64,000 nucleotides of DNA. Origin: a virus. The notes beneath the pieces are model-generated. The model did no database searches, was not told where the DNA came from, and saw only the letters and a program-made list of their open reading frames with translations. The stretch lies in IMG/VR virus record IMGVR_UViG_3300036791_000458, positions 12,525-76,524 of that record; one strand, written 5' to 3'. Position numbers and translations under genes: made by a program. Positions 9,935 through 22,343 of this stretch are shown piece by piece. Within the stretch, counting starts at the first letter, position 1. Every line of letters begins with the position of its first letter.

Positions 9935-11851
9935 TTAGTTGCCAAACTTTATCATCTCTCCACCATTCACGGTGAATGAGTTATTACCAGAGGCAGTAGC
10001 GAAGGTGCCTATGAGCGTAATTGTTTGTGAAGCAGAAAAATCAACTGCCTTGGTAACAACCTGATTGACATCGATTTTTGGCGTACTGGTTGCTTGACCA
10101 AGTTTCAGATTGCCAGAGACCGAACAAACGCCTTTAGTCCCGGTTGTACGCCGAATGATAGTAAACTCAACTTCAAACGGATAGTCAGTCGATTGAGATG
10201 GCACAGTCTGACTCGCGAAGCTGAGTAACGTCACGACATTCTTCACTGCTAGTCTAATCTGAAACGATGTTGAAACCCCGATACGAACCGTTCCAAACGC
10301 ATGAATCTTCAAACCCCTGCCAATCGCGTCTAAGTATCCCGCAGACATAGCTGGCCCAGTATACAAGTACTGATCTTTAGTGGTTGACGCGGAAGCAGTC
10401 GTGGTATCAACTTTCACATCCAAGACTGCCTTGCTAGAATCGGGCGGTTCGGGAGTTGGTTCTGGGGGTTCGGGAGTTGGGTCGGGGGGCTGAGAACCAC
10501 CGCTGAGAGTAACATTCTCAAACGTTTCTGGTGCCATCTTATTCTCCAAACTAGGCATGCCCTGAACTTCAACATACAACGTATAGCTACCAGCTACTGG
10601 TGCCGAGACTTTACTCAAATCAAACTGCTTCGTATCTCCGGGCATGACTGTAGCGAGAAGGTAAGCGGTTTCACCGTCAGTAGTTCCCCACAAGTTATAC
10701 TGGCGAACTGTGTTTTCATTTCCGGTGACTGTAAAACTCAATAGGTTACCAGACAAACTTGCCTTTATTCCAAGTTTTGTTCTGACACCACCTTGGACGG
10801 CGGAACCTTCTTCAAAGTCATCAAGTATGATGGTAGCAAGAAAATCAATCCGCCCACCACCCTTGACATAGTCTGCATTCGCCTTCCAAGTATCCAGCCA
10901 CGTCTGTCCGCCATTTTGACTGATATACTTTCCTAGCGACCACCCGGTGCTACCTGTTAGTGTTCCGTTGAATCCCGGCCAACAAGACGTGACGTGAATT
11001 AGATCGGGATGAGAATTGCACGCGGGAAAGAAACTCTTCGTCAAGTAGTCAATACCGGATGGACTCGCGGAGCTATCCGCGTTTGAATCTAGCCATGAAA
11101 GACTACCGTCGCTCCTCGCTATGTTGAATCCATTTGCCTGATATTGAATCAAGAGAGGATTGGAGTGTGATTTAACCGCGTCACTCACTTTCGTCCAATT
11201 TACATTATTACCCGCAACTGAAGCTACGTTCCAAAGTAAGAGCATAGGGCGGGAGTCACCTTTAAACGTGCAGTGCTCATACTTCGGACTCGAAGCATAA
11301 CGATCCATCACATGGTTTATCGCGTTGATGATATCAGATTGCATCGTAGAAGGTGTACTACCTTGGTTGCCGAAGTACTGCTGATCAATCATGATCATGA
11401 AATTCAAACCCAGATTCTCACACTCAGTCACCCATAGATCAACTGTTGCATCGTTTGTGCACGTAGTCTTTGTCGGGTGATACCAATCTGGAATGAGAAT
11501 GTCATAACCACGGTCAATCATATCTTGCACGATGGTTTTGATTGTAGCCGGGTCGGTGTCATTCACCCCAATATCAGGATGATTCGAACGTCCCCACCAC
11601 AACATCGAATGCATCGCAATACGACCTGTCCAGTTTGCAGGCATCAGATTCCTGACAGACTCTTTACTGATAGTCATCGGAGCGGCTGCGTTCTCAGAGT
11701 CATCAAACCAGTTTGAATCAACTGATAACCAATTCCCATCGTGGTTGGTTTTGCCAGTGAATAGGTCTGGATAGTTCGCCTTGTTGTAGTCAGGAGAAGA
11801 TGTCACGTTGTGTGCTGTAAAGGACTCTACGGTTCTAGTTTTAAACGCCAT
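9935..11851 (-). CDS. glycoside hydrolase-like (GH71/GH99-like) protein with C-terminal fibre-tip-type domain
   Basis: Paralog of 18716..20104 ([25 protein letters not shown]). Has a PEP linker, and its C-terminus is homologous to the end of 15933..18710. The GH family assignment is tentative. Confidence 0.5.
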   Translation of the reverse strand: MAFKTRTVESFTAHNVTSSPDYNKANYPDLFTGKTNHDGNWLSVDSNWFDDSENAAAPMTISKESVRNLMPANWTGRIAMHSMLWWGRSNHPDIGVNDTDPATIKTIVQDMIDRGYDILIPDWYHPTKTTCTNDATVDLWVTECENLGLNFMIMIDQQYFGNQGSTPSTMQSDIINAINHVMDRYASSPKYEHCTFKGDSRPMLLLWNVASVAGNNVNWTKVSDAVKSHSNPLLIQYQANGFNIARSDGSLSWLDSNADSSASPSGIDYLTKSFFPACNSHPDLIHVTSCWPGFNGTLTGSTGWSLGKYISQNGGQTWLDTWKANADYVKGGGRIDFLATIILDDFEEGSAVQGGVRTKLGIKASLSGNLLSFTVTGNENTVRQYNLWGTTDGETAYLLATVMPGDTKQFDLSKVSAPVAGSYTLYVEVQGMPSLENKMAPETFENVTLSGGSQPPDPTPEPPEPTPEPPDSSKAVLDVKVDTTTASASTTKDQYLYTGPAMSAGYLDAIGRGLKIHAFGTVRIGVSTSFQIRLAVKNVVTLLSFASQTVPSQSTDYPFEVEFTIIRRTTGTKGVCSVSGNLKLGQATSTPKIDVNQVVTKAVDFSASQTITLIGTFATASGNNSFTVNGGEMIKFGN

Positions 11852-11880
11852 AATAAACCTACTTCCCGTTCGGAATTCTC

Positions 11881-14800
11881 CTAGTTATTCACTACCTCTA
11901 TGATTGCTTCACTAGCGGTAATTGTATTTGAAGCATTACCAGTTTTAATAGAAAATGATAAGATGCCATTCGCTATTGTCGTGTCGAAGGCACTCATCGC
12001 TGGTTGAATAATCTGAATTGGGACAACGGATATACCAGTCAAAGCTGTACCGACTGCTGCGCCGCTTGTATTGAACAATATGGCTATCGCCATTCCTGTG
12101 CCAGCAGCACCAACGCTTCTAACAGTGAACATGATTTGGATAGCCCAAGCTATGTTAGTTCCTGTTGTAGCTTGAGCGGCGAATGTAAAAGCACATATCG
12201 ATGCATCTGCTGTCGTACCAGCAGTTCCCCAACGCATTGTAAACACTGGCGCGGAAGCATTACCACCAGTAGCAACACCCAACATATGACACTGAAAAAC
12301 AGTACCTGCAACTAATCTATTTGCAGCAAGTGCAGCAGTTTTTACTGCAATTGTTTCCGTTTGACTGATTGCAGCTGTCGCAGAAAGTAGTGCAGCTCCG
12401 CCCGTACCAACACCAGCACCAGTGTAACCAGTCGCGCCTGTAGATGAGGCTGATCCTGCTACACCAGTATAACCAGTGTAACCAGTCGTACCTTGAGTTC
12501 CGGCAGGGCCAGTATATCCAGTCGGGCCAGTTACTGTACTTGGTGTTCCAGCAGACCCAGTGTAACCAGTTGGCCCGGTTACGGTAGATGAAGCTCCAGT
12601 GTATCCGGTGTAACCCGTATAACCAGTCGCACCTGCTTGAGCCATCAAAGCCCAGAACGAAGTATTGGTCGGAAGATTTCCAGTAGACGGAGCAATACAA
12701 ACGTAGCTTGAATTCTGGTAGCTAACTACATCATTGACTCCATACGTGGTGCCTGCATTGTAAGCACCTCTCCAAGTTAAAATCGGAATTGGAGTACTTG
12801 GCGCGACTACACCAGAACGAGTTGCGACAAGGTTAATACTTACATCTGCCATCGTGGCATCTTGAGTAGCAGGTGCAAGAATTGTTAATCTATCACCCGG
12901 ATTAGCAGTTACCACTAAACCACTGGAAGAAAATGTTTCTACCCCTGATGTATTGAATGTGCAAGTTCCAATTTGCACTCCATTCTTGTATATGGTGTAG
13001 ACGGCAGTTGCAGTTGGATTAGTACCTACTGATGCCTGAGAAGTTGGAGTGTTGAAGTCAGCAGGAAATTGAGCAGGAGCAGCTACCGTACTAATACAAA
13101 CTAGTTGACTGGCGGTAGGTTTTCCTGCAACAGCAGAAACAACATGCGTAAAATTATCAGTGCCTAATCCCGTATAACCAGTCGGGCCGGTATAGCCAGT
13201 GAAATTCCCTGCTCCAGTGTAACCAGTTGGCCCGGTGTAACCAGTATAACCAGTGAAGTTTCCTGCTCCAGTGTAACCTGTGTAGCCAGTCCTTCCGGTG
13301 TAACCAGTAGTACCAGTCGGGCCTATAAGTCCAGTGTAACCAGTTGGCCCGGTTACGGTAGAAGATGCTCCAGTGTAACCAGTTGGCCCAGTGACGGTAG
13401 AAGAAGCACCCGTGTAACCAGTGTATCCAGTGTATCCGGTAACGGTTGACGCAGCTCCCGCTGGCCCGGTATATCCCGTGTAACCAGTGAAGTTTCCTGC
13501 TCCAGTGTATCCAGTTGCACCTTGAGTTCCAACACTTCCGGTGTATCCGGTGTATCCAGTCGCTCCTACTACACCCTGAATTCCCTGAGCACCTGTATAT
13601 CCGGTGTATCCGGTTGGGCCTTGAGTTCCAGCAGTACCTTGACTTCCGGTGTAACCTGTAAATCCAGTTGGCCCGGTTACTGTTGAAGCTGCGCCTACAG
13701 AACCCGTGTAACCAGTGTAGCCAGTAGTACCTTGAGTTCCGGCAGTTCCTTGGCTACCTGTATATCCGGTGTACCCGGTTGGGCCTTGACTTCCAACAGT
13801 ACCTTGACTTCCGGTGTAACCTGTATAACCCGTGTAACCAGTAAAAGCACCCGTCCCAGTGTATCCGGTGTACCCAGTTGACCCCGTGGGGCCGGGATTC
13901 CCTGCGCTCCCCACAGAACCCTGAGCACCAGTGTATCCGGTGTATCCAGTGTAACCAGTCGAACCTTGAGTACCTTGAGTTCCGGTGTAACCAGTATAGC
14001 CAGTCGGCCCGGTAGAACCAATTCCAGCAATACCAGTGTATCCGGTGTAACCAGTTGAACCTTGAGTTCCGGGACTTCCGGTGTAACCTGTATAACCAGT
14101 TGAACCTTGAGTTCCCGGTGTTCCGGGAGTACCTTGTGCACCCGTGTATCCTGTATAACCTGTTACTCCTTGTGTGCCTTGAGTTCCGGTATATCCGGTG
14201 TAGCCAGTCGAACCAATAGTTCCAGCAGTGCCTTGACTACCAGTATACCCAGTGTAACCTGTAGCTCCCTGACTACCTACATTCCCAGTGTATCCGGTGT
14301 ATCCTGTCGAACCTTGAGCACCAGTGTAACCAGTTGGGCCTGTAGTTGCAGAACCGGAACCCGCAGGCCCGGTGTAACCAGTAGGCCCGGTTGGGCCACC
14401 ACCTGACGGCCCAGTAGGCCCAGTTGGGCCTGTAGATGACGCGGCACCCGCGCTTCCCGTATATCCGGTGTAACCAGTACTTCCAATCGCACCTTGAGTC
14501 CCGGTGTATCCGGTATATCCAGTTGCTCCGATAGTTCCAGCAGTACCTTGATTACCCTGAGCACCAGTATATCCAGTGTAACCTGTAGCTCCACTACCCG
14601 TATAACCAGTGTAACCTGTGGCTCCTTGTGTACCCGGAGTTCCGGTAGTTCCGGCAGTACCTTGACTTCCGGTGTAACCAGTCGGCCCAGTGTAACCTGT
14701 AGTTCCCTGTACTCCTGAAGCACCCGTGTAACCAGTCGGGCCAATGGTTCCTGCTGTTCCCGTGTAACCAGTTGGCCCTATGGTTCCTATACCAGTGTAA

Positions 14801-15270
14801 CCAGTGTAACCAGTATACCCGGTGTATCCTGTCCCACCAACCCCCGGTGTACCTTGAGCACCAGTATAACCAGTTGGGCCTGTGAAGTTTCCTGCGCCAG
14901 TATAACCAGTGTATCCAGTCGTACCAGTCCCAGAAGCACCTGTATATCCAGTTGGGCCGATAGAACCCGGAGCACCACCCGATCCCGTATAACCAGTAGG
15001 CCCGGTGTAACCAGTCCTTCCGGTGTAACCAGTAGCACCCGTAGAAGATGCACTACCTGCGCCTCCAGTATACCCAGTGTATCCGGTGTATCCTGTAGCA
15101 CCAGTGTATCCAGTCGCACCATTCCCACCACCACCAGTGCCGCCACCTTGATTATTTTCTGCAAAGGTATCGATCTTATCAAAGTTTTGGTTGACGGCCG
15201 AGTCCCAACCAACTTCACCGCGAAGAGGTTTATAGAGACTTAGAAACGGAGTTGTTGTACCAGATGCCAT
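11881..15270 (-). CDS. collagen-like (Gly-X-Thr) fibre protein 1
   Basis: Hundreds of GYT/GPT/GAT triplets and a [20 protein letters not shown]-like module. Start placed at MASGTTTP (15270), by analogy with MATGSTTP of the paralog and a nearby AGAGG RBS. Confidence 0.85.
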   Translation of the reverse strand: MASGTTTPFLSLYKPLRGEVGWDSAVNQNFDKIDTFAENNQGGGTGGGGNGATGYTGATGYTGYTGYTGGAGSASSTGATGYTGRTGYTGPTGYTGSGGAPGSIGPTGYTGASGTGTTGYTGYTGAGNFTGPTGYTGAQGTPGVGGTGYTGYTGYTGYTGIGTIGPTGYTGTAGTIGPTGYTGASGVQGTTGYTGPTGYTGSQGTAGTTGTPGTQGATGYTGYTGSGATGYTGYTGAQGNQGTAGTIGATGYTGYTGTQGAIGSTGYTGYTGSAGAASSTGPTGPTGPSGGGPTGPTGYTGPAGSGSATTGPTGYTGAQGSTGYTGYTGNVGSQGATGYTGYTGSQGTAGTIGSTGYTGYTGTQGTQGVTGYTGYTGAQGTPGTPGTQGSTGYTGYTGSPGTQGSTGYTGYTGIAGIGSTGPTGYTGYTGTQGTQGSTGYTGYTGYTGAQGSVGSAGNPGPTGSTGYTGYTGTGAFTGYTGYTGYTGSQGTVGSQGPTGYTGYTGSQGTAGTQGTTGYTGYTGSVGAASTVTGPTGFTGYTGSQGTAGTQGPTGYTGYTGAQGIQGVVGATGYTGYTGSVGTQGATGYTGAGNFTGYTGYTGPAGAASTVTGYTGYTGYTGASSTVTGPTGYTGASSTVTGPTGYTGLIGPTGTTGYTGRTGYTGYTGAGNFTGYTGYTGPTGYTGAGNFTGYTGPTGYTGLGTDNFTHVVSAVAGKPTASQLVCISTVAAPAQFPADFNTPTSQASVGTNPTATAVYTIYKNGVQIGTCTFNTSGVETFSSSGLVVTANPGDRLTILAPATQDATMADVSINLVATRSGVVAPSTPIPILTWRGAYNAGTTYGVNDVVSYQNSSYVCIAPSTGNLPTNTSFWALMAQAGATGYTGYTGYTGASSTVTGPTGYTGSAGTPSTVTGPTGYTGPAGTQGTTGYTGYTGVAGSASSTGATGYTGAGVGTGGAALLSATAAISQTETIAVKTAALAANRLVAGTVFQCHMLGVATGGNASAPVFTMRWGTAGTTADASICAFTFAAQATTGTNIAWAIQIMFTVRSVGAAGTGMAIAILFNTSGAAVGTALTGISVVPIQIIQPAMSAFDTTIANGILSFSIKTGNASNTITASEAIIEVVNN

Positions 15271-15277
15271 AAACCTC

Positions 15278-15943
15278 TTAGCTTGATATGTAGAATAAAA
15301 TCGGTGATGGTGTTGCGACAACAGCTTGTTTGAATGCAGCTACAAACGCCATCACTTGATAGTCTGTAGTTGTTGGTGTAAAAGTACCAGTCGCAGCAAT
15401 TCCAGTAGTGCTTGCATAAGCTAACATTTCTTCCATGTAGGCAAGTCCATCAGAAGTAGTAACGACTGAACTAAAACCGGAACCGGGCGTGAATGTTCTA
15501 CCACCTTGTCTAACCTCTGATGCGAAACCCAAAACTAAATCGCCAGACTGGGCAAGAACAGCAGTAGCACTCGAAGTCCAGTTTGGTGAACCCGGATCAA
15601 AACCATTATCTAGACCTGTTGCTTTATCCAACGGAGATGCGAGAGTACCAGAGTATTCTGCCACGATTAGTTCTGCCTGATTAAATGTAAACGTTGCTAC
15701 AATACTAGTCACACCAGCGGGTGACGCCGGAAGAAAGTAAACACCAGCCAGAAACGGCGTTGTTAAATTTTTTGCAATCGTTAAGCTGGTGCCTGAATTA
15801 GTTTTAACTGTAATTGCACCCGATGTTCCAAGAACAGTTAGATAAGCAACAATCAGACTATTTGCCTGCGAAGCAGTAATTGTTACAGTCAAGCTAGTTG
15901 CACCAGACGTAACTCCTGCCTTTTGTTGAACTCTAGTTGCCAA
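15278..15943 (-). CDS. hypothetical T/S/A-rich beta protein (virion surface?)
   Basis: 221 aa ORF between the two collagen-like genes, overlapping the upstream stop codon. Confidence 0.55.
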   Translation of the reverse strand: MATRVQQKAGVTSGATSLTVTITASQANSLIVAYLTVLGTSGAITVKTNSGTSLTIAKNLTTPFLAGVYFLPASPAGVTSIVATFTFNQAELIVAEYSGTLASPLDKATGLDNGFDPGSPNWTSSATAVLAQSGDLVLGFASEVRQGGRTFTPGSGFSSVVTTSDGLAYMEEMLAYASTTGIAATGTFTPTTTDYQVMAFVAAFKQAVVATPSPILFYISS

Positions 15944-18710
15944 ACCGTACTACCTCTCCACCATTCACGGTGTATATATTGCTTGCTGATGCAACACTAA
16001 ATGTACCTAGAAGAATTGGCGTTTGTTGAACTGTCATGTCAACCGCATTACTTACAACTTGCTCAATATCAAACTTCGGTGTATTCGCTGTACCAGTCGC
16101 AGCCTGAGCAACCATCAATTTACCGACACAACCGAAAATACCTGTCGTACCAATTGAACGACGAATGATAGTAAATTCAACTTCCCAAGCATAACTGACT
16201 CCAGCAGTCGGAATCGTCTGAGCTGGAAACATAAGCAAGGTAGTAACACCTTGAATAGCTAACCTAATCTGGAAGGTTGTTGTAGAAGCTGCGAGATTAA
16301 CTGTCCCGAAGGCGTGAATCTTCAAAAATCTTCCTGCAACGTCTAGGTATCCTGCTGGAATCACAATACTATACAAAGTTTGGTCACCAGTTGTATTTGC
16401 AGAAAGAGTTGAAGTCGTAATCTTTGCATCACGAACGTAAAGTGCTTGCGCGGAATCCAGTAGATCAGCATTTGTATCTAAACCCGCGTAACCGCTGGGT
16501 TGATTTTTGTTAGCAGTTAATTCTGCGCCCGTTGTACCACCTGAACCCGAAGGCCCAGTATATCCGGTGTATCCAGTCGCGCCTTGACTTCCAGAACTTC
16601 CGGGAGCACCTTGGGCACCAGTGTAACCAGTAGCACCAGTTGCTGTCGCAGCTCCCGCTGATCCTGTATACCCGGTGTACCCAGTCGCGCCACCCTGTGC
16701 CATAACATTCCAGAACGATACGTTCGTCGGAACGTTACCAGTCGATGGAGCAATACAAATGTAACTACCATTTTGATAGCTAACCGCGTCATTCACTCCA
16801 TAGGTAGTACCACTAGCGTAAGCACCTCTCCAAGTTACAATTGGAATTGGACTACTCGGTGAGACAACCCCTGATCTTGTTGCAGCTAAAGTGATACTCA
16901 CGTCTGATAGTGTGGTATCTTGAGTTGCGGGCGCAGTCACCGTCAATCTGTCACCCGGATTTAGCGTTACAGTTGTACCACCCGTTGTGGTGAACGTGAA
17001 AACACCAGCAGTAGAAATTGCAATCGAACCTACTTGAGTACCATTTTTTTGAACAGTATAGGTTGCAGTAGCCGTGGGATTAGTTCCAACCGAACCTTTT
17101 GAGTTTGGAGTCGCGAAGTTCGCAGGAAACTGCATAGAAGTCGCGGCGGTATAGATCATCACCGACTGACTTGCACTCGGTTTTCCTATGACTGCGGAAA
17201 CCAAGTTACTAAAATTATCAGCCCCTAAACCAGTGAATCCGGTGTAACCTGTTGCACCAGCTATACCTTGAGGGCCAGTTGAACCCGTCGCTCCCGCTGG
17301 GCCTTGACTTCCCTGTGGGCCTTGAATACCTTGACTTCCCTGTGGGCCAGTAGAACCTTGTATACCTTGCGCGCCTTGTGGGCCTTGAATACCTTGACTT
17401 CCCTGTGGGCCAGTAGAACCTACAGAACCCGGTGCTCCCGGTGTTCCTTGAGCACCAGTGTAACCAGTATAGCCAGTGTATCCAGTCGGCCCCACAACGC
17501 CTTGTGTACCTTGAGCACCAGTGAAACCAGTGTACCCAGTGAAACCAGTTGCACCTATAGTTCCGGGAGTACCTTGAATACCAGTGTAGCCAGTGTAACC
17601 AGTGAAACCAGTGTATCCAGTCGCGCCCAAATTACCAGTTGTACCTTGAACACCCTGAGCACCAGTGTAACCAGTAGGCCCAGTTGAACCTTGAATACCA
17701 GAATTACCCGTGTATCCGGTGTAACCAGTATAGCCAGTTGAACCTATAGTTCCCGCGACTCCTGTATACCCGGTTGGCCCGGTAATTGCAGATGCGGGGC
17801 CAGTATAGCCGGTGTAACCAGTATAGCCAGTTGAACCTGTAGAAGACGCGCCACCCTGTGGCCCGGTGTATCCTGTCGCACCAGTTGCTGACGCGTTTCC
17901 TGCTGGGCCAGTTGTACCAGTATATCCGGTGTAGCCAGTCGAACCAGTCGCAGAAGCTGAACCTGCTGGCCCGGTAGTTCCGGGAGTACCTTGAATACCA
18001 GTGTAGCCAGTGTAACCAGTGAAACCAGTGTATCCAGTGAAACCCGTGTAACCAGTTACACCCGGAATACCTTGAGCACCAGTATATCCGGTGTAACCCG
18101 TGTAACCAGTTACACCCGGAATACCTTGTATTCCTTGGCTTCCGGTATACCCGGTGTAGCCAGTATATCCTGTAACTCCCTGATTACCTTGAGCACCCTG
18201 TATTCCTTGACTTCCGGTATAACCAGTGTATCCAGTGAATCCCGTGTAACCTGTTACGCCTTGTGGCCCTTGTATTCCTTGACTTCCAGTGTAGCCAGTA
18301 TATCCTGTAACTCCCTGATTACCTTGTGGCCCTTGTACTCCTTGACTACCTTGACTTCCGGTGTAACCTGTCGCGCCTTGTGGGCCTACCGGGCCTTGAT
18401 TTCCCTGTACACCTTGAACACCTTGAACACCCTGATTGCCTTGAGCACCTTGTGAGCCTACCAAACCTTGTGGCCCTTGACTACCTTGTGGCCCTTGAGT
18501 GCCTTGAGCACCTACTGGGCCTTGTGGCCCTGTAGTTCCGGTAGTTCCGGCAGGGCCGGTGTACCCGGTATAACCTGTCGCACCAGTCGCACCACCCGAG
18601 TACGCTCCATCCAGAATATCCCAGTTCGCGTTAACCTGATCACCCCAGTCAAACGAATCGTTTGCAGGTTTGAAAAGGTTTAGATTAGGAGTTGTCGAAC
18701 CTGTAGCCAT
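15933..18710 (-). CDS. collagen-like (Gly-X-Thr/Gln) fibre protein 2
   Basis: GYT/GPQ/GSQ triplets; carries the same post-collagen domain and CBM-like module as fibre 1; includes [13 protein letters not shown], a motif common in fibres. Confidence 0.85.
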   Translation of the reverse strand: MATGSTTPNLNLFKPANDSFDWGDQVNANWDILDGAYSGGATGATGYTGYTGPAGTTGTTGPQGPVGAQGTQGPQGSQGPQGLVGSQGAQGNQGVQGVQGVQGNQGPVGPQGATGYTGSQGSQGVQGPQGNQGVTGYTGYTGSQGIQGPQGVTGYTGFTGYTGYTGSQGIQGAQGNQGVTGYTGYTGYTGSQGIQGIPGVTGYTGYTGYTGAQGIPGVTGYTGFTGYTGFTGYTGYTGIQGTPGTTGPAGSASATGSTGYTGYTGTTGPAGNASATGATGYTGPQGGASSTGSTGYTGYTGYTGPASAITGPTGYTGVAGTIGSTGYTGYTGYTGNSGIQGSTGPTGYTGAQGVQGTTGNLGATGYTGFTGYTGYTGIQGTPGTIGATGFTGYTGFTGAQGTQGVVGPTGYTGYTGYTGAQGTPGAPGSVGSTGPQGSQGIQGPQGAQGIQGSTGPQGSQGIQGPQGSQGPAGATGSTGPQGIAGATGYTGFTGLGADNFSNLVSAVIGKPSASQSVMIYTAATSMQFPANFATPNSKGSVGTNPTATATYTVQKNGTQVGSIAISTAGVFTFTTTGGTTVTLNPGDRLTVTAPATQDTTLSDVSITLAATRSGVVSPSSPIPIVTWRGAYASGTTYGVNDAVSYQNGSYICIAPSTGNVPTNVSFWNVMAQGGATGYTGYTGSAGAATATGATGYTGAQGAPGSSGSQGATGYTGYTGPSGSGGTTGAELTANKNQPSGYAGLDTNADLLDSAQALYVRDAKITTSTLSANTTGDQTLYSIVIPAGYLDVAGRFLKIHAFGTVNLAASTTTFQIRLAIQGVTTLLMFPAQTIPTAGVSYAWEVEFTIIRRSIGTTGIFGCVGKLMVAQAATGTANTPKFDIEQVVSNAVDMTVQQTPILLGTFSVASASNIYTVNGGEVVRFGN

Positions 18711-18715
18711 ATCAA

Positions 18716-20104
18716 TTATGCTGGAGTGGAAAACTCCAAAAGCTGCGAAACATTCCCAAAAGCAACATTTGCAAACGTTTGCGCCGCCATATGATTTTGA
18801 AGACTAGGCATACCTTGCGCCTCAACATAAAGCGTGTATACACCAGCAGTAGGAACCGAAGTGCTACTCAAATCAAACTGTTTTGTACTACCCGGAAAGA
18901 CTGTCCCAAGTAAGTAGGCATTTACTCCGTCACTAGTTCCCCAAAGGTTATATTGCCGGACGGTGTTTTCTGTGCCTGTGATACTAAAAGTCACCAGATT
19001 ACCGGATAGACTTGCAGTAATAACAACATCCGTTCTGATACCACCTTGAATTGCAGTACCTTCCTGAAAATCATCAAGTATAATCGTCGCGAGGAAGTCG
19101 ATTCTTCCGCCACCATTAACGTAGCTAGCGTTTGCACCCCACGTATCTAACCATGTCTGTCCGCCGTTCTGACTAATGTATTTTCCCAGTGACCACGATA
19201 CACTTCCGGTCAATGTTCCGTTGAAACCCGGCCAGCAGGAACTAACATGAATCAAAGTTGGGTGAGAATTACAAGCAGGAAACCAACTATTCGTAAGGTA
19301 TAAGATGCCGGACGGACTGGAAGTATTATCTGCATTCGAATCTACCCAAGAAAGACTGCCATCGCTCTTCGCAACCGTGAATCCACTATTCTGATACTGA
19401 ATCAAGAGTGGATTGGAATGTGGAATAACCGCAGCGCTTACAGCATTCCAATCGACGTTTGCACCAGCCACGGCTGCTACATCCCACAACAGAAGCATTG
19501 GACGGGATACTCCGTTGAATGTGTAGTATTCGTACTTCGCGTTTCCCGCGTAGCGATCCATGAGATGATTGATTGCAGAAATTATGTCTGCCTGCATAGT
19601 CGCGGCTGTACTTCCCTGATTGCTGAAGTACTGTTGATCGATCATCAGCATGATGTTCATACCGACGCTATTCGCACCAGTAAACCACAAATCGACAAGC
19701 GCGTCATTAGTAACCGTAGTCTTCGTTGGGTGATACCAATCAGGAATAAGAATGTCATAACCGCGAGCTTTGATGTCCTGTAAAATCTTCGTAATAGTTG
19801 CGGGATCACTGTCGTTTATTCCGATGTCAGGATGATTAGCCCGTCCCCACCACAACATCGAATGAATAGCAATACGTCCAGTCCAGCCGGAAGGCATTAG
19901 ATTCCGAACCGTCTCTTTGCTAATGACTATCGGTGCTGCCGCATTTTCTGAATCGTCCATCAAGTTCGAATCTACCGCGAGATTAGTGCCATCATGATTC
20001 GTAGTGCCAGTAAACAACGATGGATAGTTAGTTTTGTTGTAGCCAGAGTTGTTCGACACGTTATGCGCGGTGAACGACGCTACCGTTCTGGATTGAAACG
20101 CCAT
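18716..20104 (-). CDS. glycoside hydrolase-like (GH71/GH99-like) protein
   Basis: Close paralog of the N-terminal ~450 aa of 9935..11851. TAATG overlap with the upstream gene. Confidence 0.5.
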   Translation of the reverse strand: MAFQSRTVASFTAHNVSNNSGYNKTNYPSLFTGTTNHDGTNLAVDSNLMDDSENAAAPIVISKETVRNLMPSGWTGRIAIHSMLWWGRANHPDIGINDSDPATITKILQDIKARGYDILIPDWYHPTKTTVTNDALVDLWFTGANSVGMNIMLMIDQQYFSNQGSTAATMQADIISAINHLMDRYAGNAKYEYYTFNGVSRPMLLLWDVAAVAGANVDWNAVSAAVIPHSNPLLIQYQNSGFTVAKSDGSLSWVDSNADNTSSPSGILYLTNSWFPACNSHPTLIHVSSCWPGFNGTLTGSVSWSLGKYISQNGGQTWLDTWGANASYVNGGGRIDFLATIILDDFQEGTAIQGGIRTDVVITASLSGNLVTFSITGTENTVRQYNLWGTSDGVNAYLLGTVFPGSTKQFDLSSTSVPTAGVYTLYVEAQGMPSLQNHMAAQTFANVAFGNVSQLLEFSTPA

Positions 20105-22332
20105 TAGTGCTTTTTAGGTGGCTGAGGTTTCTTGCCTTGACTTGACAAGAACTCAAAGGCGCCAAGATCAAACTTCGTACCCTGCGGTCTGGCATTGCCA
20201 TCTTTGTCTGTTGCCAGTCCTGAAATTGTCAATCCTGTATCGATAGCTGGACTTCCCGCCGATAGATGCATGGTTGAATCCAGTAAAGGATTTCCGGTTT
20301 GATTGTTTGTTGTTTGTGATGGCGGAGCTATTGTCAAACCATACCATAGATTAGTGTCACCTGTTATCTGAGCTAGTTGCCCACCAACATACAGTTCGCC
20401 CTTATTCTGTACCACTACGTTATTCCGCAGATTCATCTTCAAGGAAGCCGGCCCACCTGCTATAACGAAGGCACCACGAGAATTCTGAGCGTTAGATGAA
20501 TTGTTAGCTCCGGCATCAAGGACAGTGTTGTTATAAATTTGAACTGTACCCGTTCCTGCGTTCCCGTTGTTGGTGATCCCGGCAACATAAACTCCGGTAA
20601 AGGACGCGCCCAATTGTAGTGGATCACGAAGGCCGACATGACTAATCGTGTTATTGAATGCTTCAACCGTGCCCTTGGATGGATCGACGGTGGCGAAGTT
20701 TATGCCGTCACAGTTATCGCCGTCAATGCGATTATCATGAACGTGCAAATCAAACTGGTTGAATCCAGTTGTATCTCCGGAGCCGCAGGATGGTTTGCAT
20801 AGCGGTGAGGAATGAAACTGAAGTGCCCGGCAAGTGAAGTTATCGTGAATGTTATTCCATCCAACATCGATATGGTTGCAATCGGTGCTAAAGTAAACCG
20901 CATGATAATACTTTGAAGACGCGGGATTGATTCCAGCATTGTGAATTTCATTACCATAGAGCTTGATCTGACTTCCACCGCTCACTTGGAAGCAACCTAC
21001 TTGGTCATCTCCACCCGGGCACTGCATCTCGTTTCCTACTATGCGCCAGCCAGTGCCACCAATATCGATAGCTTGGGTTCCACCAATCAAGTGAAGTTTG
21101 GACAGTACCCAGTAGTCAATGTTGACGCCTATGTTGGGAGTACGAATACCATAATGTAGTCCACCCGAAACCCCGATGGTGACGGTTGCTCCGGGGTAGG
21201 CAACTAGAGCTTTAGGCGCATTAGCTGTACCAGAATTACTGTTGCCATTGTTATCCATACTCATGTAGGCGGTGAAGTTGTCTTGCGTTTTCTGAGAGAC
21301 GCCATTCATGATGTAGGCAATGTCACCAGCCGCAATTGTATTCTTTGCTTTCAGAATTGTTTTCCAAGGCGTAGCCAGTGCCCCGTTTGCGGTATCACTG
21401 CCTGTAGTAGATACGAAGAAAATGCTGCCTGGCCGTACAGTAAAAGGAATTCCATTGGAAGATTTTCCACCCACAGTCACGATAATCGATCCCGTTGAAG
21501 CCTGTGATCCTAATTGAAAAACTATTTGCGTATCTGTCCAAACTGGGTAGCTGGTAGCCGCTCTGCCACCGATGGTTACACTAGATGTTGACTGAGTATT
21601 CCCGAAGCCTTTACCCCAGATGGTGACGAAGGCACCAGCATTGTTAACTCCACCAGTTGCAGGCCCACTGACAAGGTCACTGAAAAAGATTGCTGGAGCA
21701 CCAGCAGTTGGGTTCGGAGTTGGCGATGGCAATGGACTTGGCGTCACCGTAGGTGCCGGAGTTGCCGTGGGACTTGGACTCGGCGATGGAGTTGGCGATG
21801 GAGTCACCGTAGGTCTTGGAGTTGGAGTCGCCGTGGGATTCGGAGTCGCCGTAGGAGTTGGTGATGGCGACGGACTTGGTGGCGGAGTCGGAGTTACCGT
21901 AGGCGATGGAGTCGGTGATGGAGTTGGTAATGGTGGCTTCCCTGTATTCCAACTGACTCCGGTTACATTCACTGTACCTAAGATGGCTTGGTTAGACATC
22001 AGAAAAATCTTGGCCGACTCATCTACAGTTGTACTTGAAGACGATGTTGCTGTAGGTGTAAACCGTACAGCAATCGAAGCTCGCCCACCTCTTGGAAGGA
22101 TAATGGGCAATCGCGTTTCTACTCTAAAATCTCCGTTAGTAGAAGGAGCTAAGATGATTTGTTGACTAGTCGTACAGCTTGAAGTAACCTCAATGTTTTG
22201 CTTATTGGAAGTACCAATCTCCCACATCCCGAAGTTGAAAGGGTTGTGCGATGCTGTAACGCATTGTACACACTGTGCAAAACAACCCGCCGACAACAAA
22301 AGCATCATTATTGAAACTTGAAGAGTTTTCAT
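20104..22332 (-). CDS. signal-peptide protein: Ig-like + Pro/Thr linker + IPT/TIG + right-handed beta-helix (pectin lyase-like)
   Basis: Hydrophobic N-terminus, (PT)n linker, [10 protein letters not shown]...PWKTI (DUF1565-like), Asn-rich parallel beta-helix repeats, and a C-terminal SPAIDTG...D.DG..RPQG..FDLGAFE. Confidence 0.75.
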   Translation of the reverse strand: MKTLQVSIMMLLLSAGCFAQCVQCVTASHNPFNFGMWEIGTSNKQNIEVTSSCTTSQQIILAPSTNGDFRVETRLPIILPRGGRASIAVRFTPTATSSSSTTVDESAKIFLMSNQAILGTVNVTGVSWNTGKPPLPTPSPTPSPTVTPTPPPSPSPSPTPTATPNPTATPTPRPTVTPSPTPSPSPSPTATPAPTVTPSPLPSPTPNPTAGAPAIFFSDLVSGPATGGVNNAGAFVTIWGKGFGNTQSTSSVTIGGRAATSYPVWTDTQIVFQLGSQASTGSIIVTVGGKSSNGIPFTVRPGSIFFVSTTGSDTANGALATPWKTILKAKNTIAAGDIAYIMNGVSQKTQDNFTAYMSMDNNGNSNSGTANAPKALVAYPGATVTIGVSGGLHYGIRTPNIGVNIDYWVLSKLHLIGGTQAIDIGGTGWRIVGNEMQCPGGDDQVGCFQVSGGSQIKLYGNEIHNAGINPASSKYYHAVYFSTDCNHIDVGWNNIHDNFTCRALQFHSSPLCKPSCGSGDTTGFNQFDLHVHDNRIDGDNCDGINFATVDPSKGTVEAFNNTISHVGLRDPLQLGASFTGVYVAGITNNGNAGTGTVQIYNNTVLDAGANNSSNAQNSRGAFVIAGGPASLKMNLRNNVVVQNKGELYVGGQLAQITGDTNLWYGLTIAPPSQTTNNQTGNPLLDSTMHLSAGSPAIDTGLTISGLATDKDGNARPQGTKFDLGAFEFLSSQGKKPQPPKKH

Positions 22333-22343
22333 TTTACTGCCCT

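Noticed and set aside
11881-18710. CCAGTGTAA-type DNA repeats as a non-coding array, and the many alternative-frame ORFs there
   Set aside because: Fully explained by Gly-X-Thr collagen codons in long open frames.
9935-20104. Diversity-generating retroelement (TR/VR pair) behind the paralogous segments
   Set aside because: No reverse transcriptase in the window, and the differences look synonymous and general rather than adenine-specific.
21620-22165. 181-aa plus-strand Gly/Val-rich ORF
   Set aside because: Antisense of the Pro/Thr linker.
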